A stretch of 64,000 nucleotides of DNA from Camelus dromedarius (lineage: Eukaryota). Below are positions 1-15,589 of this stretch, in pieces. Position numbers and translations under genes: made by a program. Under the pieces are notes generated by a model. It saw nothing but the letters and a program-made list of their open reading frames with translations. It ran no database searches and had not been told where the DNA came from. Every line of letters begins with the position of its first letter. Position 1 is the stretch's first letter. Location of the stretch: the NCBI RefSeq assembly GCF_036321535.1, contig NC_087452.1, positions 31,682,001-31,746,000 of the forward strand. The letters run 5' to 3'.

Positions 1-1317
1 AATGTCTAACTGAAGTAGAAAAATATTTTAAAGACCATTTTTTATACTTCAAAAAAATTTTTCAATTAAAAAAATTAGCTATGCTTAAAAACTATAACAC
101 CCACCCCCAAATGCGTTACAGACCAATCAGCCACTGCAAGGATCACGAGTAGGTGTGCAGCCTTGGGCAGTGGTGGGGCTGCACGCAGACACGCCATGGC
201 CTGGTAAGGCCATGGCTCAGCAACTAATGTTCCGACTGAGCACGTCTGTGCGCACGGAACCCCACAACCAGGTGCACCCTGCAGCCCAGGAGCCTACTCA
301 GCGAATAACCCCAGGCCAGCCTGATGCTTCTGCCTGGCACATGCTCAAGCACAGAATACATTAACAAGGAACTCAACTACACATCACTGGGTGATTTATA
401 CACACATATGCAAGCGTGTGTGCTAAGGGCTGGGGGTCTTTTCTTAACATTTATCTCAGGCCTGTGATGAGGCATTCTGGCGGAAGTCAGATACATAATG
501 TGTGTGAGAACTTCTGTACAGAAAAAAATCCCCACTGAAAGATTCAAGCCTAAACTTGGACTGAAGAGAGATCCAAAATTTTAAGTTGCAAAGGAATCTG
601 TTATCACTTACAGCCTCCTTACTCTGCAGCTAAGACAAATGACAGATGCAGGTGCTAAGGCTGCCATTAAGATGGTGACAGTTCTATGGTAATAGTTGTA
701 CTGTACCTCCTGATTTGAAATTTCAAAAAATGCCTTTTTTCTAGCCAACTAGTTTTAAAATAAGAAAATGATACAAATGCCCCAGGTGATAAGAAGTGAG
801 CGCTTTTCTGGACTGGGCTGACTAGGACAGCTGGTACTGGCTGGGACCTGGTGAGCCCCTGGTCACTCTTCTAAGCCCCTCCCCTACACTGCACGGTCTC
901 CTCAAGGGCCCTGGGTCATCTCTCTCCAGTTCTTAAGAGGAATGGGACACAGGTTAAATGACTGACCTGGAATAAACTGTTAGAAAGCAGCAGGGCTGGG
1001 AGACAAACTTGGCTCTGCCTGTCTTTCAAGTCCACTGTTAGACATCCTGACCCAAAGCGGCGTGCTAGAATTCTCCATCAGATTCCACTTCACTGAATTT
1101 GAACACCTCTGCTCTAGAGGTTCTGGGATGAGGTCTGTCCCTGAGCGGGCAGGAGTACCAGGGCACAACGATCTGGAGGGAGACAGCACAGCAGCAGGCC
1201 GGGCAGAGGTGTGCCCTCTCACTGCAACACAGGGCTGCACAGGCCTGGGACACCCCAGTGCTGCTGGCTGGGGAGAGAAGCAGTGCTTCCTTGCCATTAA
1301 AATCCACACTGCCGAAG

Positions 1318-2460
1318 AATGAAACTGGACCCCAGTCTCACACCATATACAAAAATTCACTCAAAAGGGATAAAAGGACCTCAATGTAAGAGCTAGAACT
1401 ATACAAACTCTTAGAAGAGAAACACAGTTGTAAATCTCTGTGACCTTGGATTAGGCAATGGTTTCTTGGATATGACACCAAAAACACAAGCAACCAAAAG
1501 AAAAAAATAGATAAACTTCATCAAGATCTAAAATTTTTGTGTTTCTAAGAACAGTATTAGGAAAATGAAGACAACCCACATATCTTACTTCTGATAAGGG
1601 TCTAATATCCAGAGTATATGAAGAATTCCTACAACTCAACAAAAAAAATTAACCTAATTTCTTGAAGTGCAAAGGATCTGAATACATTTCTCCAAAGAGG
1701 ATATGCAAATATCCAATAAGCATTTGAAAAGCAGCTCAGTATTAGTAGTCATTAGCCAAATGCAAATTAAAACCACACTGAAACAGACACTTTTTGCCCA
1801 CCAGGATGGCTACCAAAAAAGTGGGCAGTAACAAGTGTTGGCAAAGATGTGGGGAAATGAGAACCTACCTATTGCTGGTGGGAATGTAAAGTGCTGACAC
1901 TATGGGAAAAAATGTGGCAATTCTTCAAGCTAAACAGATTTACCACGTAACCCAGCAATTCCATTCCTAGTATACACCCAACAGAAATGAAAATATAGGT
2001 CCACACCAAAACTCATATATGAATGTTCACAGCAGCAGCATTCATAAAAGCCAAAAAGTGGAAACAAATGTCCACCCACTAATAAACGGATAAACAAAAG
2101 GTGGTATATGGTAAAAATACAGCATTACTCAGCCACAGGATTGAAGTACTTATTTATGCTACAATGTGAATGGACACTGAAAACACTACGCTAAGTCAAA
2201 GAAGCCAGTCACAAAAGGTCACATGTTGTATGATCCCATTATTTATGAAATGTCCAGAATAACACAAATCCATGAAGATGGAAAGCACATCAGCGATTGC
2301 TGACGGGTATACAGTTCCTTTCTGAGGTGATGGATGTTCTGGAATTAGATGGTGGTGGTGGATGCACAGCTCTGTTAATACACTAAAAACCAGAGACATA
2401 CACACTTTAAATGAATGAATTTTACGGTATGTGAATTACACCTCATTTTTTAAAAAAAAT
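1318..2460 (+). mobile_element. Old L1 (L1M-type) ORF2 3' end plus 3' UTR, degenerate
   Basis: L1 hallmarks gaaactggaccc...cacaccatatacaaaaatt, cccagcaattccattcctag, gaagccagtcacaaaaggtcacatgttgtatga; many stops and frameshifts. Confidence 0.85.
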
Positions 2461-2665
2461 CCACACCTCAGCCAAACAGGGTTCCCTGGGTCCACCCTGT
2501 TCAAAGTCAGTCCCACAAGACGTGGAGTGTGTTGGGAACCGTTTCAGAGAAGACACTGATGGGGCATAGGTTACCAGAAACACTCCCTAAGGGCTCCCAG
2601 CCTGTAAAAAAGGCTGACAAACCTTCTGGGGTCCTGTCTGTTGAAATTCACCTGAAGATCAAGCA

Positions 2666-2883
2666 TAGTGATTCTCATTCAGGTACAGTGTGCCCCCAGG
2701 TGGATATGTGGCCGTGCGTGCAAACATTTTTGGTTGTTACAACTTAGTAGCGGGTGTGAGGGAGGGTGCTCCTGGCATCTAGTGAGTAGAGGCCAGACAT
2801 GCTGCTTAATAATGTACAGGATAAAATTCCCACAACAATCGTCCAGCCCAAGATGTCAATAGTGCCACAGCCGAGAAACCCTA
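2666..2883 (+). mobile_element. MER20 (hAT-Charlie) non-autonomous DNA transposon
   Basis: Matches the MER20 consensus as recalled (acatttttggttgt.acaact, ggcatctagtg.gtagaggccag, atgtcaatagtgcc, gagaaaccct). Confidence 0.85.
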
Positions 2884-3754
2884 ATTTACCTGAATGATGG
2901 GTCAATCACTTTTTTTAAAACATTAGATTTATATAACCCAGGAGCCCTCCTGATAACAGTAATTTCAAAGATGTCCAAACTGCTCCAAGCAGTAGAGCAT
3001 GCCTCAGATCAGAACCACAGGTGTAGGGCAGGCAGCAGGCCTAGCTCAGGCAAACCTATCTCAAAAGAGCAGTCCAGGCCTTCCCATGCTCAGAGCAAAC
3101 CTGAGGTAGCCAGGAGACCTCCTCCAAGGACCAGGTCTTAAGCAAGGCTTACAAAGGGCTGCCCATCAAGTTTTACCCTTAAATAGCTAATCAAAGCTTT
3201 CTGAAAGTACAGCGTTTCTTAAAATATTAACCAGTTAAGTTTATCTAGAAGACTCACATAAGGAAAGAAAATGTAAAAAAAAAAAAAAAAAAAAAGTCTA
3301 CAACAGGAAACCACTGCTAACCACATACACTGCTGGTATATGCCAAATGAAATCCAAAGCTATATATATATTCCGACATACATACGTGTATATATATATA
3401 TCTCCCATCTGTAAATGCCACCCTTTCCCCACACAGCTTCTCCAAGCCGAGGGGCCCACTGCTAGTGCTATCACCAGACTTCTATGCTCTAACACTTCAA
3501 GAAAGGTTCAGCTGTCTTACTCAGAAAATACCTCAATAGTTATTTTTTTAAACAAGTTTGGGCCATTAAGACCACAACCCTTCCTAAAAGGTGAGCCTGA
3601 AAAGCGAGTGGGTTTTTTCCTATCTTCATCACATAAAGGGAAAACAACTGAATGTAAATTACCCAAAAATCTACCACCCAAAGACAACTACTTCTAGTAT
3701 TTTGATGTACAACCTTCTAGAATTTTCGTAGGTAAACCTATTCACACAACAGTC

Positions 3755-4030
3755 CAGAAGGGAGTTGCAAGATATACTTTAAAATGATGAAAGGGAAAAA
3801 CCTACAACCAAGAAAACTCTATATAGCAACGCTCTCGCTAAGACAAGAAAACTCTATATAGCAACGCTCTCGCTAAGATTTGATGGAGAAATCAAAAGCT
3901 TCACAGATAAACAAAAGCTACAAGAATTTAGCACCACCAAACCAGCTTTACAACAAATGTTAAAGGAACTTCTCTCGTCACCAAACCATAAGAGAACAAA
4001 AAGAACAAAACAAACAAACAAAAGACCTAC
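3755..4030 (+). mobile_element. L1 ORF1 C-terminal / inter-ORF fragment with an internal 35-bp tandem duplication
   Basis: ggagaaatcaaaagcttcacagataaacaaaagctacaagaatttagcaccaccaaaccagc is L1 ORF1-like. Confidence 0.8.
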
Positions 4031-4560
4031 AAAAGACTGCTTTGGCAGTTCAGGGTCTTTTATGGTTCCATATAAATTTTGGAATTGTTTGTCCTGGTTC
4101 TGTGAAAAATGTTGTGCGTACTTTGGCAGGGGCTGCACTGGATCTGTAGATTGCTTTGGGTAGTACAGTCATTTTGATAATGTTGATTCTTCCAATCCAA
4201 GAGCACAAGATGTATTTTCATTTCCTTGTATCATCTTCAATTTCCTTCATCAATATTTTAGTTTTCAGAGTATAGGTAACCTCCTTGGTTAAGTTTATTT
4301 CTAGGTATTTTGTTGTTTTTGATGCAGTGAAAATGTTTGTGCCAGTTATAAAATTCTGGTTTTTGAAGTAGAAAAAGAAGTGAATGAAGGGCTGCAAATG
4401 GCAAAATATCCTTCTTTCTAATGAGTGAGTTGTATTCCATTACATATATATGCTCCATCTTCTTTATCCATTCACCTACTGATGTGCACTCCAAGATGCT
4501 TCCGTATCTTGGCAATTATAATGTTGCTGTTAATAAAGGGATGTATGTATCTTTTTGAAT
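4031..4560 (-). mobile_element. L1 ORF2 and 3' fragments, antisense
   Basis: ttccatataaatttt...ctgtagattgctttgggtagta...gttgattcttccaatcca is reverse-complement L1 ORF2; 4400-4560 resembles the L1 3' region. Confidence 0.8.
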
Positions 4561-5670
4561 TCTTATTTTGTTTGGCTTTATTCCTTTGATAACTATGTAA
4601 GTTTAAAAAGCTAAAGTTCTAAATGTTCTTAGAAACAATGAACAGTATGTATATGTAAATTTTAAAAAATACGGGCAGTATATTGTGTATATGCATTTAC
4701 ATGCAATATATTGTGTATGTGCAGTCAAATTGTAACAATTCTACCTAATAAAACTGAAAAATTTAAAAAAAGGAAGGTGAAAAAAAGTCTATTCACACAA
4801 ACTTTTTAATAAAATTTTCTGGCCTGCTCTTTTCATACAGAAATATACTAGTTTTCCTACATCCAACAAATCCACTACACCACTATTTTCCCAGCAGCAT
4901 AATATCCAAGTACACGGCTGCACCCTTTGTTTTTTCTTTTAAGTCACCTCCTGTTAGGCTTTTGATTATCTTCAGTATCTCATTATAATCCTGGGCTGAC
5001 TACCTTTGTACCTATATCCTTTCCTCAGCTGCCCAATTTTTTCCTTTAGAATAAATTCTCAGAAATGGAATTGGCTTTTTAACGTTTTGGTTTCACACTG
5101 CCAAACTTCCCTCCTTGAAGTGTGACAACTCATCCTGTCACCAGCAGCCCATGAAAGTTGCTCCCCCATCCAGAAGGGAGTTCAGAGCTGCTCAGAGACA
5201 TACACTTCCCTCGGAGGAAGCCATCTACCCTCACTCAGCACCTGGACTCCGACAATGACCTAAGATGGCAGCATTCTGCCAACACAGATCGATCTCTGAA
5301 TTAGTCTTGAGCCAGGAACCAACAACTCAACAACAGTCTCTGTCAGGCGTCAGCTGTTTCTAATCTAACACCATCCATTTGGATGGAAACCTAGCTCAGA
5401 CACCCGCAGGCTGCTTTTGCTAAATAAAATGCCTATGGTGGAGAAAAACCTCTCTGTGGCCACAGCCAGTCAGTCTAATTTAACACAAATCTGTCGATGA
5501 CTGTGCCGCTGTCCATACCCAACCCCCTAAGTGATGTTCCTCCATCTTCTAACCTCAGGGTTGAACTCCAGCCCACCTCTCCTCAAAACTGAGGTCTATA
5601 AGAGTTTGCTGCCTGGAGGTCTGGTGGCTATGGGCTTGCAGGCGAAGGACAAAACCCAAGAGGTACTTAC

Positions 5671-8600
5671 ATAGAAGTGAAAATGCAAGAAATGAGCCAG
5701 CACTCTGGGGGCCACATCAGGGAAGGTGGCCAAGAGTGTCTGGAGGTAGACTTCCAGGTCCTTCTCCCTCTTTTCCACCAAGCTCCTGGAGTTCTTCCCA
5801 ATTATCTTTTTGGGAGGAAGCAGACTCTTATCAATCTTCCTCTCGGCAACGAGCTGTAAGAAACATAAGCATGTGAACCACAGACCAAGAGGTTCTACAG
5901 CTGTGCAAGGCCAAGGCAAGCAGCCTGGAGGCAAGTACCCCTCTTGGCAGTAGTGACAAGATTAGTTATCAAACGAGTACACCTGGAATCTCCAATTCAA
6001 TTAGCACTAGAAATAGCAATTCAATTCTAGATGAGGAGCTCCACCTGGAGACATTCAACAAAATACCCTAAATCGAGGCCCCTAAAATCACCATCTTCTC
6101 CAAACCAGGATGAAACCCAATCAGGGCGGTGGCCTATCTTTAAAACACTCTCATGCTGCAAATAACCCAGACAAAGGTAACTCTCGCCAAAAGCAAAGAA
6201 AGAAATGGAATCACACCCAAATGTTAAAGCATCGGTATAGTCAGGTGCATCAAGTTCAAACCTGTTCCCTCCTCAGCAAACGGTCCCAGCATCTCACATC
6301 CAAGCTAAGACTGGCAACTTCAAAACCAAAGTTCAAATATGCTCCTTGTACACTGTCTCACGCTAAGGTTGAACTCCCAGGATCCACAGTCTTCTTGCCA
6401 GTTACATTAATAAAACCTTATTAGTGTAACTGGCATAGAGCCTATTTTGCCCTAAAACCAATGCATGGCATAATGGGAACTTGGTCTAAAATCCCCCTAG
6501 CCCTGAGACAGCTATCAAGGGTTACCTTTTCATGTAGATCATGGAAATCGCTGTAGCGGTGCTTGACTGTCCACTCATGGCTGCCATCAGTGACCTGGAT
6601 GATGTAAACCTAAAAGAGAAAATCGACAGCCCTTGCCGGCCAGCAACAAGGAAAGCCCCACCCTACCCTCAAGGATAGCTGCAGAACACCCAGGCCCTCC
6701 CAATCCCCAGGCCAAAGTTAAGCTGCTCTTGCCCACCAGCCTCTGCACCTGACCCTTACTGAGCAGCAGGACCCCCTCTCCACTTCCTCCACAGCCCTAG
6801 CACTGGATCTGGCAGGCACATGGGACAAATCTATGGCTCTATCCAACAGTGAGGATCAGAAAAGGTGGCTATCACAGCAAGAATCTTCAGTTGTTTCACT
6901 CCAGCCTTCATGTAATTTAAAGCCCAATCCAACCCGAGCTGCAGGCAAGGAAGGCCATTCCTTCTAAAGAAGGCAAAACAGGGTCAGGTTTGGTAGGACC
7001 AGCTTCTCTAATGTAACTTTTTCCTAGGTGCCCTGACTATATCCTGGAAGCAAGTCCTTTTCCAATGCTTTCAGCTGGTTCCCGGCTGTGATTCCTGCTG
7101 CTGAGCCAGGAGTCAAGGCACTAGGAAGCTGATGGGAGGCAGTGATAGACAAGCCCTAACAGAAGGGAACAGGCCTTGGAGTCAAGGAAGACCTGGGTTC
7201 AAAACCTGATTCTGCCATTTCCTGGCTATGGTTTATGTATGTCACTTACATAAGTGACTGGGAGCCTAAGTTCTCACTGAGCCTTAGCTCCTCCATCTTA
7301 AAATCTGGTAGGTTTAAGATCAAATAAATGCACGCATAGTACTTTGTACGGGGCCTTACATGTAGAAAATGTTCAATCAAAGGTAGATGTGTTAATAATA
7401 TTCAACTCAGTGTAACCAGACACAAGACGGGCTGGATCATCACCTCCCCCACACCCATTCAGAGAAGGGGATCAGCCCTGCAGAACAAAGAGAGCTTTTT
7501 GGAGCTGACCCCCTAAGCTGAATGCAGTGCAGGGGTGACAGCCATCCAGCCATCAGCTCAGAGACCTCGACCCTCACCTGGTGAGGCCCCCTCTGCTAGT
7601 GCCCCGCCCCTCTCTGCAGCACGCAGGGAAGGGGAGGAGAAAATAATCAGCTCAGCTGAAGCCTGGTTGAAGGAGCAGCCATTTCCCCAGGGCCAGCCTG
7701 TTGCTCCAGGATCCGCCCCCAGCCCCTCTTCCCAGCCTTGCAGCTTCCCTCCTCCTCCTCCGGCCCAGGAAATAAGAAAAAGCCAGAGGAATGACCCTCA
7801 GGAGGAGGGTAAGGATGAGGGCCAAGGGCTGGGCCAAAGCCCCCCACCACTCCTCACCCTCCGGGAACAAAGGACAGGAGGCGGGAGGTGCTGAGGATGC
7901 CCCTACCCCAGGGCCAGTCCCTGCCAGACAGCCTATCAGGCCCATAGGCCTGGTGTTCAACCCCATTCAGAACCAGAGGAGCCTCTAACTCCATAACAAT
8001 CTGGAACTTACCCCCTTTTCTCTTCTTTATCTCCCCCATAGCTTTGAAGTGTGCGTGGGCAGACTGCTGCCCCAACTCACCCCCACAGCCCAAAGCGAGG
8101 AAGACCCCTAAGGTTCCTGGGTCTTGGACTTTCAGCCCTAAGGGACTGCCTCAATTCCCGGTTCTTATCTCTGAGCTCCCCCATTCTTATCTGATCCCCA
8201 GAGCATTCCGGGCCCCAGATCCCCCGTTCCCTTACAGAGCAAATTTCAATTGCAACCTCAGCTCCCCCCTCCCCAATCAAGGCCCCGCCCCCTCTCCTTT
8301 TTGACCTGCAGAGGCCTGACCCTTTCTCCTGATTCCATCCAGGAGACCCTCCCCCCCCTTAATCCCCTCTTCCCGGACCCCCTGTCATGTCCTCCCAGGC
8401 CGACACCCTTCCATGGCTAGAGAATCAAGAGGGGCCTCCCCCTCATCTAGACTCCCGTCGTCCGCAGACCCTCTTTATCCCCTGACCCTCCCCAACCCTA
8501 GGCTTTTTCTAAACGCGTACCCTTCCCAAGCCCCTTCCCTGGGCCCCAACCACGACCCTCTTTCCAGACCTGCGGGGCCCAGGGTCGTTCCCCAGATTCT

Positions 8601-8848
8601 GCTATCCCAGGCCCCCTCCTCCAAGTCGCAGCCCCTCTACCCTATCCCCTCCGGTTCCCGGGCCCAGACCCCCTCCCCAACCCCCCAACCCCCGACGCAG
8701 ACTCCGCGTTCCAGCCGCCACCCAAGTTCGGGCGTCCGAGCCCCCAGCACACCGTATATGTGTCCACGAGCTCAGAGCCCACGACGCGCGCCTCCTTGGC
8801 CGGCTCGGCCTCCCGCTCGGGGCCGAAGCCGCGCGCCGCGGCCGCCAT
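5671..8848 (-). CDS. NISCH: Nischarin, 5' part only (coding exons 1-3, PX domain); gene continues beyond the left edge
   Basis: Exons 8753-8848 ([32 protein letters not shown]), 6526-6609 ([28 protein letters not shown]), 5671-5853 ([61 protein letters not shown]). All GT-AG, phase 0, and match the nischarin N-terminus. Exon 4 not found in 1-5670. Confidence 0.97.
7170..7320 (+). mobile_element. MIR SINE fragment
   Basis: gacctgggttcaaaacctgattctgccatttcctggct...ctgagcctt...ctccatct, MIR core. Confidence 0.65.
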
Positions 8849-9190
8849 GTTCCGGGATCCGTCTCCGCCGCTGCCGCCGCCGCCGCCGCAGCCCGGCGCA
8901 GACTGGCAGCAGCAGGGGGCGGGGTCAACGTCCCATCGCCCCCCGGCTCCCACCGCCCCCCGCCCCCGCTGCGCGCCGTGCAGCCATGTTGGCCCCACCA
9001 ACTCCTCGAGCCCCCGCCCCGCCCCTCGCGCGTAATTGACAGCAGCTGCGAACAACGCGCGTGCGCAGGCCGCCCGGGCCGGTCTTGCGTAATCTATACC
9101 TGCGTGGCACCACCCGCCCCACTCCTCGCAGCCTAGGGGAAACTGAGGTCCCAGGCGGGGATTGCTCTAGGCGTTGCCACTCGGTACCCG
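8560..9190. promoter_or_regulatory. CpG island / promoter of NISCH
   Basis: Dense CpG and GC boxes (e.g. ccccgccccgcccc near 9012-9025) around NISCH exon 1. Boundaries estimated by eye. Confidence 0.85.
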
Positions 9191-9725
9191 GGAAGGGTAC
9201 CTCCTAGGCTGCCCGAAGCAAGTGACTTGCTTCACCCGGCCTCAGTATCCCTCTCCGGAAAAGACAGTAATCACTTTTCACCTGGCTCTTGGGCTTATTC
9301 CCTGTAGGGCACGAGAAGGTTGGAGAAGAAAGGTATGAGCTGTGCCTAAAGCCCAAGCAGGACAGAATAACTCTGGTCCAGTTCTTAACCTTCAAGACTC
9401 AGAGATCTCCTCTGTCACATGGACTCCTGCAATGCCTGGCAGGCAAGGCAAGGAGCTGCTGTGGTTATCAAGAGGGGTATCTGTATGAAGAAGGGGGTGA
9501 AGGGTTGAAGGGTGAGGTGGAAGGAAGGGAAGTGTGCGGGCCATCCAGCACAAGATGGTGTCCTAGCAGAGCTTAAAATGATGGGGGAGGAGGGTTGGGC
9601 AGCAGGAACTACAATGCTGGAAAGGGGAAGCACAGGCATAGAGAAGGAGCCCTAACCCAGGGAAAGACCCAGACCTAGAGAAGGAAAGTGGTAACCCAGC
9701 TGGAGCAGGAGTCTCACACAGATGA

Positions 9726-10245
9726 TGTAATAGAAAAGAACAAATCTGACTCCATATTAGATCTGTTCCTTTGACTTTAACCTTGTGCTCTGTTTCTTAG
9801 GCTTAGTCTTGCTGGTTCTGCACCTTTTGTAAAATAATGTTGCCTATAGCCTGAAATAAACTGGATAGCCTATTCTAAGGCTCTGACCTTTAAGTATATT
9901 AACACTTCTCCATTCCTACAAAGGTAACAAACTGCAAATAGAAAATAACGTTTGTTTTGTTGGAGGTTAATAGGGACACCATGATCTGACCCATGTGGAC
10001 AGCTGCAAGAACAAAGAATTCTTACATCCAGAAGTTTGCAGCAACACAACATACCCCCTCCCCTTTTTAGTATAAAAGGATCCTGAATTCTGACTTGGGT
10101 AAGATGATTCTCTTGGACATTAGTCTGCCATCTTCTTGGTCTGCCGGCTTTCTGAATAAAGTCGCTATTCCTTGCCCCAAAACCTTGTCTCCTGATTTAC
10201 TGGCCTGTTGTGCAGTGAGCAAAACAAGTCTGGACTCAGTAATCA
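9726..10245 (+). mobile_element. Solo ERV1-class LTR (about 520 bp)
   Basis: Starts TG (tgtaatagaaaagaacaaatctgactccatattag), TATAAAA 10071-10077, AATAAA 10155-10160, ends ...gactcagtaatCA; AT-rich block in GC-rich surroundings; no internal genes. TSD not cleanly identifiable. Family assignment is from recall. Confidence 0.8.
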
Positions 10246-10799
10246 TAAGGCATCTGTAGGTGTGTTTGTTGAATGACTAGTTGAGTGCGGTCAAGCCCAG
10301 AGCTAGTACTACTCTCTCCAGGGAGATGAAATCTTGGGCATGGCTCCTCTGGGACACCTGGCAGAAGGGCTACAGACCACTCTCTCCTAAGGTAGGTCAG
10401 TGCCTTCCTTCCCCACCAGTTCCACAGCACCATACTCTAAGCTTGGCATTGAAGGCTCCTCTTGGAAAGACCTTACACTTCTAGCCTCTCCCTGCATACT
10501 GCTGCCCCCCACTTCAGAAAGGTTTAATTTAAGGCAGGGGATGCCAAGCCAGCCAGACCTTGAGCAAGTCACGACCACTCCGGGAGACTCACCCACCTCC
10601 CTGGTTGGGTAGGAGTTGAGCTGCTGTGTGTAGGGACCTGGCCTGGGACCCACTACATTGCAGCTTCTATCTCATCCTGGGCTTATGTTTTCATTCATTC
10701 AAAAAACCTTCCTAGAGAATCCCCTGGGGGAATGGGGGACAGAGGGAAAGAGACCTGGTCCTTGCAGCCCTTCATCTGCTCCTTGCCCTGGGCAGAGGA

Positions 10800-10959
10800 C
10801 ACAGGGATTCAGGCCAGTGTGAGATCACCAGAGCTGGGGGAGGGAGTGGAGGATACTGCAGACAGGGGTGGGCTGGGCGGGGAATGTGGCGGGGCAGGGC
10901 TATTTAAGCCCAGGGCCGCTGGCAACCCCAGCAGCCTGACTGCCCTGTGAGCCGCCAGT
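10800..10959 (+). promoter_or_regulatory. TNNC1 proximal promoter
   Basis: TATA-like TATTTAA 10901-10907, GC box GGGCGG 10875-10880, M-CAT-like GGAATG 10881-10886, and a G-rich CACC-type tract upstream; ATG at 10960. Confidence 0.75.
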
Positions 10960-13775
<2,816 letters not shown>

Positions 13776-13851
13776 TAGGAGCCCGGGGTCCCCAGGGTGT
13801 GAACTTGGGCCCTCCCTGACTACCTCTCCCAGCCCTGTCCTGGGGAATGCA

Positions 13852-13857
13852 AATAAA
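13852..13857 (+). terminator. TNNC1 polyadenylation signal AATAAA
   Basis: AATAAA about 140 nt after the stop codon, followed by a GT/T-rich tract. Confidence 0.85.
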
Positions 13858-15589
13858 GCCCTGCTCCCTGGAGGCCTAGTGTCTGGCTTTCATTCCCGAC
13901 TTTTCTGCAGGGTTCACGCCAGCTCATGCTCTCACCATCCTGCCTTCTGCAGGAGGGGTTAGATTAGATCAGAGACCACCACGCTCCATACCCTACTGGC
14001 TCCTCTCCGTAACTGCTGGTACCCAGGGCTCATCTCCAGTAATTCCATGTCCGGACTCTGCAGTGGCCCAAGAATCTGCATTTCACAGGCTCCTGGGGGC
14101 CATGGCTTTAGTCAGCCAGTTGGCAGCTGAAGGGTCCTGTACTTGGAGAGAGCAGTCATTGCAGCACTGGGCTAGGCCTGGATGCCACTTGGCACAGCAG
14201 GCCCAGCCGCTTCTCAGTTCTGGCTGGGGAGAAGCAGGGCACTGCAGGGGCCCAGCAGGCCTGCAGCTCCTATCTTTCTGCCCACTCACTTGGGTTTCCT
14301 GCTGGCAACATCGATTCCCAGGGACCAAGGGGCATATCGTCTACTCTACCTCCCCTTGCCCATTTGACAGGTAAGTACCCTAGGGTCCAGAGGCTTGGGG
14401 GCCTGTCAAGGTCACCAGTGAGTCTGGGGGAGAGCAGGGCCACCTGGCTCCCAGCCGAGGATTCTGTCTGATGGAATAGGTCCACATGGGCATAATTTCC
14501 AGTTCTCATGAACCTCAGCAGCTCCAGCAACCCACTCTCCCTCCCTGACAGGGAATGGAGGCACAGGGCCTGGTGGCTCTCAGCTTAGTCGGGTTAGTCG
14601 GCTCTCAGCTTAATCAGGCCAGAGCTACAGCCAGAACAGTGAAATTGGCTTTGGGGAGGTGGGGGGCTGCAAGGAAGTGGAGGTGTCAGCAGTGGTGCTT
14701 GTAAGAGGGACAGCTGCCACTGTGCCTAGGCTCCAGCCCGAATGTCAACAGCTGTCCCTGCTCCACTCAGCCACTCCACAGCTTCCCCACCTGTGCACCA
14801 GCCTTGGCATCCCCCAGACAGGCCCAGCATTCCAGAGGCAGTCTTTGAATTCTGGAGATGCCTCCAGTGGAGGCCAAAGCTGTCAGGAGCTGCCTGGTCC
14901 CTGGAGAGACCTGGGGGGAAGGTAGAAGTTCTCCTCAGGCCTGCTCTTAGGAGCTGGAAAACTCAAGGACCTACATGTACACCAAGGAATGATGACATTT
15001 CATGAGAGGAGGCATGGCCACAGTGGGCACCAGCAGTGCACCATTCCAGGGTTTAGTCACAGCCTTACCATGTGTCCAGCACTGGCTGGATGCTGGGACC
15101 CTTCAAAAGGAGGGCAGACATTGATTTTGTAGGAAGACAACTCAGGAAGACAAAGAGGGGGATGAGTGCAGTGAGGAAACCAATGTGCTGGAAGGGGGAT
15201 GGTAGTGGTGTGGTGGCCTTGAGATAGGGTGGTCTTGGAAGGCTTCCTGGAGGAGCTGGCACTGAACTGAGGCCTGAAGAACCACAGGGAACCAGCCTTG
15301 GAAGGGCATGGGGAAGATGCCCTTCTCAGCATTGGGCTGGGTGCAGAGCCCCAGCAGCTTTAGGATGAGAAGGCCTGGTGGCGCTCAGCACAGTGGAGCG
15401 AGACGGGTGGATTCAGGGCTTGTTTTGGAACTAGAATTGACAGACCTCACTGAAGGATTGAATGTAGCAAGTCAAGGATGACCTTTCATTTCAAGAATGA
15501 AACTGCCATTTCCTGAGATATGGAAGCCTGAGGGAGGCACAGGTTCTTGGAGTGGGGTATTGGGAAGTGGAGGTTCCTTTTTCCCTTTT

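Noticed and set aside
3755-4335. Opposite-orientation L1 pieces as a twin-priming inversion
   Set aside because: The fragments point toward each other and come from distant parts of L1 (ORF1 end versus late ORF2), with no shared TSD seen. Independent or rearranged fragments are more likely.
7241-7258. Short palindromes gtcactta-ca-taagtgac and gaagcaagt-g-acttgcttc (9215-9233)
   Set aside because: Both fall on the semi-palindromic aagtgactt core of MIR remnants; no independent evidence of function.
8849-9055. In-frame open stretch upstream of the NISCH ATG (N-terminal extension)
   Set aside because: It starts at a TTG probably upstream of the TSS, and the absence of stops is expected in a CpG island.
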